Made by a program: the position numbers and the translations under genes
The notes under the pieces: model-generated
What the model was told of the DNA's origin: nothing
Seen by the model: the letters and a program-made list of their open reading frames with translations, nothing else
Database searches by the model: none
NCBI GenBank assembly: GCA_002104905.1
Contig: MCFE01000100.1
Coordinates: 108,447 to 172,446 of the forward strand
DNA length: 64,000 nt
DNA from: Basidiobolus meristosporus CBS 931.73
Lineage: Eukaryota > Fungi > Basidiobolomycota
Direction: 5' to 3'
In this document: one piece after another, positions 12,842 to 27,617 of the stretch
How positions within the stretch are numbered: position 1 is the stretch's first letter
How the letters are laid out: each line of letters starts with the position of its first letter

Positions 12842-13556
12842 AGGTGGAATTACAAACTCTTACAACAAGAACAACTAGATTAGCTGGTTTTCACCTAATA
12901 ATCTATTGAGTGTAAAAGTAATGTCTATACTTTTACATAAACCTGGCAAAAATAGCCCATAGAATATGCTTAGGAAGGTACCAAAAGCATATGAGCAAAG
13001 TTTGGAGCTGTTTGGACAACCTTAAGAAATCATGTGTTCTAGGTGCCTGACATTTGTTGTGATTATCATGTTGTCACCTAGATATTCATACTAACTAACT
13101 CACATAGATCTTATTCTGTGATTAGCATTCTGTCCTGACCAGACTTCTTGTTGGGACCTGGAATATTTTCAGCAAATTATCAGGTACCCAGATTATGACC
13201 TTTCTCAAGGTTATCCAAAAGACCCCAAGCTTTGCACACATATTCTTGGGACCTTGCTAAGCATATGCTATGTGCTGTTTTTGCCAAGACTATGTTAAAG
13301 TATAAACATTACTTTTACATTCAATAAATTATCAAGTGAAAACCAGCTAATCTAGATGTTCTTGTTGAAAAAATTTGTAATTCCACCTAAATATTCACCC
13401 AAGTCACTTGGATCATTACCCACAAATCTTATAGAATTCTGACCAAACTCCTTGTTGGGATTTACTTGGAATATCTTCATCAAAACATTAGGTACCCAGA
13501 ACATGAAAATTCCCAAGGTTGTCCAAGCAGCCCCAAACTTTGCCCACATGCCCTAA
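12842..13556. repeat. Cluster of diverged Copia-family LTR fragments in both orientations
   Basis: 12863..13068 and ~13170..13367 are mutually inverted LTR-homologous arms. A further LTR start, TGTTGAAAAAATTTGTAATTCC, begins at 13363. Confidence 0.8.
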
Positions 13557-14175
13557 GGAGGATCGATAACCAGAGCTGGGGTCCTCAGGGAGCGGGATAA
13601 AGCAGAAATAATGCCATGAGGATCATTATATGTGTGGAGGGATAGATTACGCATGGGCATCCATCGAGCGGTTTCGTGATAAGAGCAGAAGATTGAATAT
13701 TGTTATGGATTGGTAGAGAATGTTGGTGCCAAACACCCCCCCCCTCCAAGGTTTTGTGGCAACTGACATTAGGTTTGGGTGCGATTGAGGAAGTGTGGGC
13801 ATGGTATTGAATATATTACAGAAGGGCATGGTGCAGCGAGCACAGAGGTTTGAGTGATTGGCCAAATCTGCGGAGTTGAAGAATCATCTAAAATTATGAA
13901 ATTCGCTGACATATTGTACGATCGGCCGGGCACACCCTCCGATGTCGTTGGCAACACTCTGGACCTTCGAAACCGAACCCATGGCAATCTCGGAGGCTAC
14001 CAGAGCCATGAGGTCGGGAAGGCAGCCAAGGTTTGGAAGCGACGGGGATCCTCAATAATAGTACAACTTTATAGTGGTTTCTGAATACATAAGGTGAGCT
14101 AGACTTGCAAGTTAGAGATAGACTGGATAGTGTCACATAAAATACATTTTTCATGATCAAAAACTAAACGTAGGC

Positions 14176-14257
14176 GTGGGAGTGGGAGTGGGAGTGAGAG
14201 TGAGAGTGGTGGAGGTGAGGTACGGTGAGGTTCGGTTGGGTGCGGTGCGGTGCGGTG
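14176..14257 (+). repeat. Compound microsatellite (GTGGGA)3(GTGAGA)2 followed by GGTGA/GGTGC pentamers
   Basis: Seen directly, just downstream of the Pumilio stop codon. Confidence 0.85.
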
Positions 14258-14316
14258 AAGAATCACTAAAAAATTGGATATAAAACACGAAATGAAAGGG
14301 ATTCCATCGGTGAGAT

Positions 14317-16999
14317 TCAGTAGAATGGATAGCGCATGTTGTTGACCTTCATGGGATGCTTGTAGTCTGCTCGGATCCCCTGATACCCGGAGTGGTTCAT
14401 CGGGACCGAAGTTGGCGGGGGGTAGGCGCCGTTCGAGTGGCTCGGCTCCCTCAGAAGCTTCCCTTGGATCCGCTTGCCGTAGGGGGTGTTCTTGATGAAG
14501 GGGATCATGGGCTTGATGCACTCGACCAACTGGGTTCGTTGCACCGGATCCGCGTAATCGAGCGCCGTCTGAACCACGTAGTTGGCGAACGAGTCTCGGA
14601 GCAGCTTTTCCAACTGCTCCGGGTTCAGGAGCTCCTCGATCAAGCCTTTGCGGGTCTCGGGGTCGGCGACTCGGATGCACTTCTCGATCACGTTCGAGCT
14701 GAACTTCTGCACCGAGAGAACACACACGCTGCCCCAGAAGGTTCGGATCAAGGGGCTGGAGAACTGCTCCTCCCCCAGGTCCAGCACGTACTGGACCACG
14801 TAGTTGCCAAAGGGGTCCTGCACAAGCTGTAACCCATTGGCCGTGATCTCGTTGATCAGCTGGGCCTTCTGGGCGGGGGAAGCGTAGTCGATACACCTCT
14901 GGAACACGCAGCACCCGTGACGATGTGAGGCCACCTCGACGCAATGGCGGCTCACGGCGTCGTAGATGAACTGTTTGTTCTCCGGCAGCATGGAGTTCAG
15001 GCACTTCTGGATCACATGATTCCCGTTGAGGTCCTTGATCAAGGGGACAACGCTCGGGGTCAGCGCAGCTATGACCAGCTGGATCTGCGTGGGGTTCGAC
15101 AGGAACTCGATCAGCTTCTGGGCCGCGCGTGTTCCATGCATGTTTAGCGAGATGTTCACCAGCTCGGGTGCCACCTTGCCAACGAGGACGGTCCTCTGCT
15201 CGTCACTGGAGTACTCGAGCAGTTTCTGGCACAGGTAGTTCCCGAATGGGTCGGTCATGAGATCCACGAAATACCCGTTCACCTCGTCGAAGATCAGGTC
15301 GGTGTACGCCGGGTTCTGCTCCTCGAGTTTCTTCTGCAGGTAGCGGCACCCATGCTGGTCCCGGCACAACCCATGGACCTCCCCCATAAGGCTCTCCAGG
15401 CTGACCCCTTGGAACCGGCTCATCAGCTCGACATCGTTGGCGGATTTTTTGTGGCCCCCCTTGTTGGAGGATGGCTTGCCGTTCTTTCCGACCGCCTGGC
15501 CTGCCTTGGAGTAACCGTAACCGCTGTGGTGGTTGTTGATGGCCAGGCTCGCTGCCCCAAACTCTCCCTTGTAATGGCCCTCGTGGTAGCTGCCACCGCG
15601 CACCAACTTGGGCACCAGGTGACTGGGCTCCATGTCGTGACCGAAAGCCGACTGTTTGCGCATCCCTGGCCCCTGCTTCAGGTATTGGTGGCGGACGTCG
15701 TGTTCGTCTAGAACTGAGTAGCCATCGTCAAAGAAATCCGGAGTAAACAGGTTGTGACTCCGGGTCGAGCTGGGCACAGAGATCAAGTCGTTGTATGCGG
15801 TTAGATTCCCTCGGATGGGCTGGCTGTTCACCCTTCCAGAGGAAACAAAAGCTCCCCAATCGGCTCCGTGGACATCCTCAGACACCGCCAATGGATGGGG
15901 GACACCCGAGAATGAGGAAGTGGTGGAAAGCTACATCAGAGAGACAGTCAGGTTAGACTATGTGTGGAGGGAATCAGCTGCGCGTAGACGCTTACCTTGG
16001 CTGGGAATCTGTCCGCCTCATTGTGCATACGAGGGTTTCTATGGGCAAAAGCACCGCCTAAAAATCAGGTTAGAATCCGTTCGAAGTGGCCAGGTGAACT
16101 TCTTGCCGTACCTTGATGAATGAAATTGCTGTCAAAGACGGACGCCAACCCACTGTGCCCATTCAGATTGGAATGCAAATCGTTGGTGGTGCTGTTGTAC
16201 AGAATCTTGCTATCGTTCAGGTAGGATGCTCTGTTTAATGGACCGGTTAGACCTTGGGGTGCTGTGGAAGTGGCTCGCTGGATGGAAACTAACTCTTTTA
16301 GCTGATGCGGGTTCTCCTCGAGGTTGAGCTTATCGAAGCTTTCCCAAATATTAGTATCATCGCTGGGGAAACGCTTGTACAGGGTGTGGCTGCGAGTAGG
16401 TCCTTCAGCGCCCTGAGGGTCCATACCACGTCTATGCGAGAGTCCAGCATACTGCTCAGAGAAATCCGACTCCTGTGCCAGCATCTCGTTGTTGAAAGTA
16501 GATGGCATAGTATTGGCACGGTGTCTATTCTCAAGAAACACCGCCTTAGGTGGGGGAAGGTCAGATTGCAGCCTAGGAATACCAAAGTAGGACTACGTTT
16601 CATTAATCTAGATGCTCACAGAAGAGTAAGCGAAAGGGGAGTGTAGGTTACCTGTCGGGTAGCATCCTCGACCGGGCTGTCGAAGACGGTCCCGCGACGA
16701 TCGTACGGGGTCGCTTGGAAGATCTCCTCGTTGGGACTGAAGGGGCTTTCGCGAAGGAAGTCGATCGAGGGATTGTTCGGATTGGGAGGCAAATCCTCCC
16801 GCGGGGAGAGCAACCTTTCACGCGAATTGGGCCGCTTTACGCGAACATCCAAAACCTCACCAGGCGTAAAATCGGTATGCCGCTGAAGCAGGCCATCGCT
16901 CACTTTTAGGCTGAGAATGCCGGGCTTTCTTTTCGAAGCCTCATCAAGAGCGCTTTGGTCAGGCCCGCTTGAATCGAGGACAGTGCGTTCTTTCGACAT
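14317..16999 (-). CDS. Pumilio/PUF RNA-binding protein, Puf4/Puf5-type, multi-exon
   Basis: Eight Puf repeats in ORF 14317..15891 with recognition motifs CRYLQ, NYLCQ, TRAAQ, NHVIQ, CCVFQ, NYVVQ, SNVIE and NYVVQ. Upstream exons ~16652..16999 and 16112..16592 have GT-AG introns. The middle exon structure is not fully resolved. Confidence 0.92.
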
Positions 17000-17842
17000 G
17001 GATTGTCAGCTTTCTAGGAAACCCTGGGCGTACTTGTCGGGGTAATGTACAGTACTATGAGGAAGTCAAAAACATCCCATTAAAATCGGGCCAAACAGAA
17101 GAAAACGTCGACAGGGCAGAAAAGAGCCGCCAGCACTACGTGCGCCCAGATCTGAGAGTGGGGAATACTTACGTGGAAAGAGAAACCGGTGGTCTGTGGA
17201 GTTGGGTAAATAGAATATCGAGGTTGCCGACAGATATTAGAGAAAATATAGTATACAAAGTGGAATTCTAACGACAGAGAGAACAAGCTCACCAAAGCAA
17301 GGATTTTGGTCAAATTAAGAAATTACGAAAAAGACAAAAACAAGATGGTGGTATTTGTGCAATTGTAAGTGGGTGTTGGGTCTCTGGGTAATTGGCGCGA
17401 TTCCGATGGATTTGCCCATCAATTTGGCCATCCTTGGACAATCCCATGTTATTCCTCAGAAATCATCGGATGGATTTGGGGTTGGGTGGTACAAGCCAGA
17501 CGGACTGGTAAACAAATGGAATTGCGCATCCAGCGGGACGCGATCTTGACTCGCGCAACAAATCTCCATCCTCAAAATGGACTTACCATATGCGGCCTGG
17601 GTGTGCTGGATCAGGCATGTGCGTTCCCAGCAGAAACCATGTTCCGAGTGAGACGAGGAGTGGCAAATGGCGATCGCCGAAACACAGTGAACAGGAACAC
17701 ATGTTGGATTAAGATTCATTTTAATGAAATTGAGGTTTGGTGAGAATGCTGGAAGACCGTCAAGAGCAATGTAAAGTGGGATTTCTACAGGAAAGGGTAA
17801 GGGTGTGGCATGGTCATGGTCATGGGAGTAGAAAGAAGGCAT

Positions 17843-18596
17843 CTATCCGATGATGAGCTGGTTGCCATCGATAGTATATTCAGGGATTTCCAAGTTAAGA
17901 GGGGCGGGTCCCTTTCTAATACGTCCAGAGATGTCGTAGTGGGAGCCGTGGCAAGGGCAATACCAGCCTCCGTAGTCTCCGGCCTCACCAATGGGTACAC
18001 AGCCCAAATGGGTGCAGATACCAAGCATGATCATCCACTCGGGCTGTTTGGCACGCTCGGAATCTTGTTGGGGGTCTCTGAGTTCAGACACGTTCACCGA
18101 GTTGGCTTCGTTGATCTCAGCTGGGGTTCTGTGACGGATGAACACTGGCTTACCACGCCATTTGACGACGACGTTCTTGCCTTCGGGGATGTTGGCCAAA
18201 TCAACCTCGACCTTGGCAAGGGCCAAGACATCAGCGGAGGCGCTGAGATTGGTGAGGAAGTCGTATACAGTGGCCTTGGCCATCACGGCAGTGGCTAGAC
18301 CGGTGGTTCCCACCATGAAATAACTGAAGGCTCTGCCAGAATCTTCACCAGAGTTCTCTTTCTTGTAAGCAGAGAAGTCAGGGACCACGGTGGAGTTACG
18401 GGAGTAGGAGGTGTGGCGCTGTTGGTAACCTAGGGAGATGCACCAGGAGTTGAGCGAAAAGAAGAACAGAGATGGGGATGGTTGTCGTGGTCTTACCGAA
18501 AGCCTCCTTCCTGACGATGGAGGAGCAGATGGGTTTCAGAGCAGCGGAAGCCTGAAGGGAACGCTTCGCCAAGGCAGAAGTAATCAAAGAAGCCAT
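17843..18596 (-). CDS. RIP1: Cytochrome bc1 Rieske iron-sulfur protein
   Basis: CTHLGC and CPCHGSHY motifs, mitochondrial presequence, intron 18430..18496. Confidence 0.97.
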
Positions 18597-19104
18597 CACT
18601 AAGGGTTGGGAAAACTAACGAGACAAAGGTAAGGGAAACCTCGGGGTTAGGACAATCAAACTGAGCTAGAGGTTTTCAGAAAATCCAAATACCAAAAATG
18701 GCTTTCACTGCGGGAAAGAATTTGCTACTGAGGCTGGCTCAAATTTCTCCTATTTCACAACGACCCACTCAGCATGTTGGGCCCCCACATCCCCGATCTT
18801 TTTTCACCCAGAATTTATTACTGGTCGTGGTGAAGCCCCAAACAAGTCACAAAGATTAGTGGCCCTTCCCCAAATTATATTACCACCCCGCTGCAAGCCT
18901 AGACTCGAATTTGGGCCCCCAAATCTTGATTTTCCACAAGAGGTTTAGACGATCGAGTTAACCAGGGAATTATGCTTGGTTGTCAAATGCCAAAGATCTA
19001 CAAATCCCAAGTTACACGGCATCATGAAAATTTTGAATGGATGAGAGAGCAAACATGTTCGGTCGCTAATATTAAGCTGGAGATTGGAGTGACACTGGGC
19101 AACC

Positions 19105-19986
19105 ATGTCTTTCTTGAGCAGTGCCCTTAGACCACTTACCCCCGCCACCGCTCGCTTCGTGTCGGGCCGAGTGGGCGTTTCCCTACTAACACACCATACC
19201 AACTCGCTCCACCTTGAATACCAACAGCAGCGTGGCTATGCCAAGAAGAAGGGTGGGAAAGGCAAGAAGGGCGAGGAGCAAGAATCGGCCTCGGACGCCC
19301 CCGCCGCTCCTGAGTTCGATTTGTCCAAGTTTGAAGCCAAATTTGCTGATAGTGTCGAGGCGTTGAAGAGAGAATTCAACTCCATGCGTATTGGAAGAGC
19401 GAATCCTGGTACATAGCGTTGGGCTCGTTCGAAAAGAGGCAAAAGAGATTCTAACTTCCAACCTTGTAGCCATTCTGGATAGCGTCGTAGTTCCAGTGGA
19501 CGAAGGAACTTTCCCCCTGAATCAGCTAGCCCAAGTTGTCGTCAAGGATCCTCAAAATCTTATCGTCAACGTCTACGACAGCGAGGTAAGCTAGCAGAAG
19601 TTTCCCCCAGAGGCGTGTCCTTGTCGACTAACGCCGGTGGTGATTGTTAGACTCTTTCAGCAGTGGATAAAGCGATCCGTATCGCCGGCCTGAATCTGAA
19701 CCCCGTGATTGACAACAAGATTATTCGAGTTCCTATCCCCAAACTCAACAAGGAGTTCCGGGAAAATCTGATCAAGATGGCAGGAAAGACCTCGGAGAAA
19801 GCCAAGATGTCAGTTCGTAACGTGCGCCAGGACGCTCTGAAGCAGGTGAAGAAGGAGAAGAGCAACGGAGCATCAGAAGACGACATCAAGAAGCTAGAAA
19901 AGAAGGTGCAAGCCATCGTGGACAAAGTGTCCAAGGAAATAGAAGACATCCACAAAGCCAAGTCCAACGAGATCATGAAGAGTTAA
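19105..19986 (+). CDS. RRF1: Mitochondrial ribosome recycling factor
   Basis: RIGRANP, DKAIR.AGLNLNP, IRVPIP, VRNVRQDA motifs. Exons 19105..19408, 19470..19585 and 19651..19986. Confidence 0.93.
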
Positions 19987-20294
19987 CTCGGACGCATCCG
20001 CCACCCACCACCCACTACCCACACCCCATACATCCATTCGAGCAAACATTTCTACAAAAGGCTTATATAGATTTATATGTTGTTGATTATCATGCTTGAA
20101 GTAAAATGAACTAGGCATGAGCTCCAATATATTTGCACATCTGTGGTGGCTTAATCCAAATTAACTACAACAATAACATCTTCCTCTACGAATAAAAACA
20201 ATGCAAAGGTACATGAGCAGAGAGGATTCCGAGCAGAAGGGCAAAGGTTGATTACCCTAAGGTTGATTACGTCCCAAAATGATGATTACTTAGT

Positions 20295-23200
20295 TTAGTG
20301 TCTAGCTTTTTTCGGTGGTCTGGCGTTGTTTCCGTTGGCCTTGCGCTTGGTTTCTGTGGTAGGGGCACCGTGCTTCTTCTCATCATCTACAAAAGCAAAG
20401 CTTAGTTGGCCGCTGCCATGGGCTGTTCCCGTGTCCTAGCACTTACACTTTCGCGCCTTCTCTTCCAGCTCATCCCAATCCTCTCCGGATTCTTCTTCTT
20501 CTGACCCGGATCCCGAGTCGGATTCTGAGTAATCGTCCGAATCCATAGAGCTCTCCTCTGTCGAGCTCTCAGCAAAGTCATCCGACTCCATCTCGAATTC
20601 GCTCTCCATTTCTTCGGTGGCGTCGGAGTTCTCGGCATCCGAGTCGTTGCGCAAGAAGCTCCAGCCACCATCCTGGAAGAATGCTGCTGGATCCTCGTTG
20701 ATGGTTTTCATGATGGTATTCCAGTTTAGATTGAGCGGACCTTCTGTGAATGGGACATCGACCGAATCCAGCCATTCTTTGACATTGTCCAGTTGTGTCA
20801 TGGGAATGGTGTTGATGTGGAACGGCTGCCTAGAATAGTCTTTGAACACAAACACAAGGTCGAAGTTCTTCAAGCCAAACTGCACTCTTTCCAGGTGGGC
20901 GAGTTCAATGTCGGCCAGTGTGATCACCAGGAATGGTGGATCGGAGAGATGGATCAACGCCTCGGTAGTGGGCTGGAGGAGAACGTTCGTTCTGTACGGA
21001 ACCCCTTGGAACCCGAGCTCTCGGAACGGAACATCCACCTCCACTCGAGATTCGCTCAGCTCGGCGATCTTCTCGGAGAATGATCTAAACTCCTTGTTCA
21101 GCAAAGCACGACGTCTACGCTCTTCCTGCTCGGCCTCAAGTTCATCTTCATCTCCGTAGTTGTATCTGCGTCGTCTGTTGCCGGTCTCGTCGAACTGGGC
21201 ATCGGAGGCTTCACGGTAGAATTGCACATCTTTGGTCTTCTTCTTTCCAATCATAATGGGGTTCTTCAAGTGAACGTGAAGGATAACAACCAACTCGTGG
21301 TCGCATGGTTGGAAGAAGAGATGCTTGATGTTGCTAAAGAGCAGGTCGATCTTCTGCTCGTTCTTCAGTGGGGAGATGTAGCGCAAGCCGTTAACATGGA
21401 TTTCCAATTCACCAGGGATTCTCTTGCCATCCAGCACGGGTCTGGCAAACACGTCGGGGAGTCTGAAGGGTCTCTTTCCTTTGACCTCGATAAGCTTGTC
21501 CTGCTCGATGATGTCGGCCATTTCCTTCTTTTCGGCTTCGCGCTTGGCCAGGTTCTTCTTGAGGTCGAGGATGTTCTTGTAGATTTCGGTCATACGATAT
21601 GTATCGGAGCTGCGGTAGGTGAGGGCGCGAACGAAGTTGGCATTCGGGTCGTCAAATGGCATGTCTTCTTTTTTTCCAACGCCTTGACCGGGAGTCAAGA
21701 AGTTGAGACGAAGGTAAACATAGTCGCCCTCGTCGTTCTTGCTGGCATTCTTCAGGGTGGATATATGGAACGGGACCGCCAAGCCGTAGATGGGCAAGAT
21801 GATACTCTCGTTCTTGTGATCCACGACGATCCTGAGTTCCTTGACTTCCTTTGGCAGCAGTGTTTCACGCTTGTAACTCTCGTACTTCTTGAACACCGCC
21901 TTCTTGTCGTCGGCGTTTTCCTCCTTTCCTTCGGCGAATCTAGCCAAGCCCTCAGCCTGGATTTGGCCGGCAAGCTCTTTTTGATGGTCCTTTCTCTTTT
22001 GCTCAGCGCTCTCCTCGGTCTGCTCTTGGCTTCTAAACTTGCTCTTCAGGATGGCCGAGTTTTTGGGCTGCTGAGGCGCTGGCTCCGCTGCACGTTCTTT
22101 CTTGACAACCTCTTCGGCCTCCTCCTCCTCGGCATCATCCTTGAAGAAGTAGGACACATCATTCAAGCTAGCACTGCATTCGGTGAGAATGGTTGGGGAA
22201 GAATTGGTGACGCGCACTGTATCGATCAGCAGCAGTGAGTAGAGCTTGCTCTTGCTGTCGCTGGCTTTTGGATTCTCGATGTCTTGGAAGCCAAGCACCA
22301 CGATCACCGCCATCCCGCTCTTGAGAGTCCGGTTGTTTTTCCCGTTGATGATGAAGGCGGATTCTCGGAACTCGATACCGGTCACAAAGCCGCAATTTTT
22401 GACGAAATGCTTTTCCAGCTCGGGTCTCTTGGACTTGATGTAAGAGACGGCCTTCAGGTAAACATCCTTGAGCTTCACTCCATCCTTGATCGAGTCCATG
22501 ACGCGTCGTTGAAGGTCAAGCAAAAACTCGTAGTTCTTCTCTTGTGTCTAGAGGGATGCAAATGTGGTCAGGAGGCGCTCAGCATTCACTCGGAAATCCA
22601 GCTCAACGTACTTTGTTGGGGTCGATCAAGAAGGTGCGGCCGATATTGGAGCAGTACGACTTGTATCTGATTCCGAGGGAGCAAACAATGGTGCCGGCGT
22701 GGAGATTGTCGTTGTTGGAAATGGCCGACGACCGCAAGTCGTATGAGCCACCGCTCTGCACGATAGGGGAATAACACCAATCGGCTAGATCCAGCTTTGC
22801 CTAGATCCGAAACGGTTAGCCTGCTCCCATGGACAACCTGCAAGCAGACACTTACATCGGCTGGGAAACGAAGACGCTTAACAATATTTTCGTCCCAAAT
22901 CGAATTTTCCGTCAGCTCGGACAGCTTGTCGTGGGTGATTTGCTTCTCCTCGTCGATGACCGAGGACATCTCGTCTATGAAGAAGTTCTTCATGATAAGG
23001 GAGCTAAGTCTACACGCCAGCTTGGTGGTTTTCTACAACAGAACAATCGGTTATTCCCGTCTACGCCATTGCGGATCGATTAGCGGCAACTTACGATCTC
23101 CTCCTCTTCTTTCACTGCCAGCGTGGCGGCGATGGCTGGGCTAATATCGATCTCCTCAAATGTGTGGGAGCTTTCCTTCAAGATGTTTTTCCATTCGTCC

Positions 23201-23899
23201 ACAAATTTCCCTCCGACCTTGTCCTTGGCGAAGACACCAATACGCTTCTATCGTTGGGCAAAAGTCAAGGGAAATAACCGCACATGGCCGCCTTCAGCGA
23301 CCGCTGCGGAAACCAAAGAGATTCACAAAAAAGATACACCCTCGTTAGATTTGCCGATAAGCTCAATCACATTCTCAAACAACTGGCGGTTGTGAGCATC
23401 GTCCTTACTGCGCTTGTGGATTTCGATAGGCACCTGGCTGCTCCCAACCTTCAGTCCCTCCAGCAGGTTACCTGAAGAACCATCAATGCCATGCAACAGG
23501 TGCGTCTGTGTGTAAAGCAAACCTCACGAACCTTTACTAGCGCTTGTGATGAAATGGAAAGTGTCGGCCGTCACAACCAAAAGTGTGCTTGGAAACTCGT
23601 AGCCAAGCAACCAAGTCTACCATAAGGGGTGGGCTGGTTAGAAACCGAAGATCCACGTGCAGCGGAAAGGGAAAATACCTGGAGTGCGGTGGATTTCTGG
23701 TAAGGAATTTCTTCGTCCGCATTACCAGTCACCACAACAATGCTGTCTACTTGTTCGAAAGAATCGGCGGCTCCGTTCTAAAAAACAAGGCACGGTGAGT
23801 CACAACTCCACTTGGCCCCTGCAATCCACCTACTTTCCAGTATGAGAGCAATTGTCGAGCTCTCCGATGAAAAGTTCGCGCGTCCAGTTGGATACTCAT
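20295..23899 (-). CDS. SPT16: FACT complex subunit Spt16
   Basis: N-terminus [23 protein letters not shown], core ORF 20436..22523 ([25 protein letters not shown]), acidic tail, several GT-AG introns. Confidence 0.97.
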
Positions 23900-24312
23900 A
23901 GTGTTGTCAACAGCAAACGATGCTGGAATAGAAACTGCTTATATAGTTGGAGCGAATATGACGGCTAGAAAAATCCAGCGTCGGTACGTGATGTTGGCCA
24001 GGCTTGTTTTTTTCTGATTTGTTATGAATCACTGATGGTTCTGTCCCTCGCATCCTCAGATCTCCAATTTTCTATGGGATTGAATGTAAACAAAATGGTT
24101 TGTTGTCACTTAGGGCGGGTAATTAACGTTACAATGGTGGTGGCCAACCACTCTTCCAAATATTGACGTATTGTTCGCACGGGGTCAGATACGTATTTAT
24201 TGGAAATGAGCAGAGACAGCAGGGAGTTGTTAAGGGTGACCACTGGCAACAGTTGAATTTGTCATCTATTTATTACAGGCTTTGGGATCTAATGTTACAA
24301 AGGGGAGAGGGC

Positions 24313-25842
<1,530 letters not shown>

Positions 25843-26201
25843 TTAGTGTGAATATGCGAATAGAAGCTTTGGACGACCACAAGCAACGATGAGTATAATT
25901 ACGAATTCTATGCGGTTTGTAAACAAAATAAAAAAAAGGATTTTTTTTTCGTATAAAAATTCTTAATCAATGTTCATTTATGTCGCTGCGTTGCGGTTGC
26001 CAACTAGCACTAAGCAAGCTATGTCAATCAGCTGATTGCATCGGGAATAAAAATGGGACTCATATATATATATAGGTAGCAACAGGGGCAGGTGATGTCG
26101 TCATCCATAGCATGTACGTGATAGGGGAGAATTTCCGGTGTATGCTTGACGCATCATTCTCTATCAAACCTCGTCTACTGTTGTTTGCGTAGTTAGCAAG
26201 A

Positions 26202-27617
26202 ATGAGCGCGGAAGGATTTATCGGTTCAACAATTAGTTTGATCTCCCGTTCAGACATTCGCTATGTTGGTATTCTTCATAGTATCAACGCACAAGAGTCT
26301 ACGATTGCCCTAGAAAAAGGTAAACATTCGCCTATATTACAATGGATGGATTAAGGATGGATGGATATGGCTACAACAGACATGCTCTATCCTTCCAACT
26401 CTGAAAATCAGCCCATAGCCATGCCTACACTTTCCTTTGCCTTGGCCGAGTTCCCGCTTTGACCCCACCCCACCCGCACCCCAGCACACCATCATCTAAT
26501 CCGCATCCCTCATCTTTTTCCCTCATCTAGTCCGCTCCTTTGGTACTGAAGGAAGAAAAGGAAATCCTGCCGAAGAGATCGCTGCATCTGATCATGTTTT
26601 CGAATACATTGTGTTCCGTGGCTCCGATGTCAAAGATCTGAACGTTTGCGAGGCACCACCCGCTCCTCAGCCTCCAGCAGTTCCCAATGATCCAGCAATT
26701 CTTCAGGTCACTATTCCCTTTCTATTCCTTAATGGGGTCGAGTTGTTTGCTCATGTTCTTTTTATTAGACCACTGCTCCTCCTCAACCTCCCGGTTTCCA
26801 AAACTACGGAAATAACGACGTGAACAGACCAAAAGAAACTGGGGGCTCCTTCGGGCAGCCTCAACCTGCATATCCTAATCGGGCTCAGCAGTACTGGCAA
26901 CAGCCCGGTCACGATGCTAGCGCAGAGCCACAGTCGAAAGAATCTGCCGGCGGCATTGAGCAAAACGGTGCCTCCGACAGGCTCCCTGGTATGGGTGGTC
27001 ACTTGACCCACAACAACCGCAGAGGACGTGGAAACCGTCGCCACAATGGAAGAGATAGAAACAATATCCCTATTCCCTCATCCGATTTCGACTTTGAATC
27101 ATCTAACGCTAAGTTTGATAAAACTGAGCTATTGAAGGAGATCGAGGATGACGAGGTGCCAGAGCAACCCGTCGAGCCTTCGACCCAACCATTCTACAAC
27201 AAATCCACCTCGTTCTTCGACAATATTTCTTGTGAAGCCAAGGAAAGAATGGACAACAACGATGGCCGGTAAGGACACATTCCGCCAGCATAAGCCCGCC
27301 CAAACGGAACTAACCCTTTTCAATTCTTGCTCAGCCCCAGACTTTCATTTAATGAACGCCGTGAACGACAACACCACGAGCGCCAATTGAATCTCGAAAC
27401 CTTTGGACAAACATCTGTTGATTCCAGTAGGTACAGAGGGCGCGGTCGTGGAGGCCATCGTGGCCGTGGTTCCGGCGGTGGTTCCCGAGGCGGTCGTGGG
27501 GGCTACAACCACAACAACTACCGTAACGTAGGAGCTAGAGTAGAAAACGGAACATTCTGGAACAACAACAACAACAGCAGCAGCAACAGCAACAACGTCG
27601 CCAATAACCGTGTATAA
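26202..27617 (+). CDS. SCD6: Lsm14/Scd6 P-body protein
   Basis: LSm14 N-domain ([20 protein letters not shown]), FDF ([11 protein letters not shown]), FFD, TFG (LNLETFG) and RGG tail; three introns. Confidence 0.95.

Noticed and set aside
1-13560. Ascomycete-type RIP as the cause of TE decay
   Set aside because: CpA/TpG is abundant rather than depleted; the loss is specific to CpG.
13600-14160. Short ORFs at the left edge of the gene island
   Set aside because: Inconsistent frames and no recognisable product.
14099-15711. Long alternative-frame and antisense ORFs over the PUF gene; similar ones at 21222..22238, 24433..25056 and 17810..18298
   Set aside because: They overlap well-supported genes with high GC3 and have no recognisable motifs.
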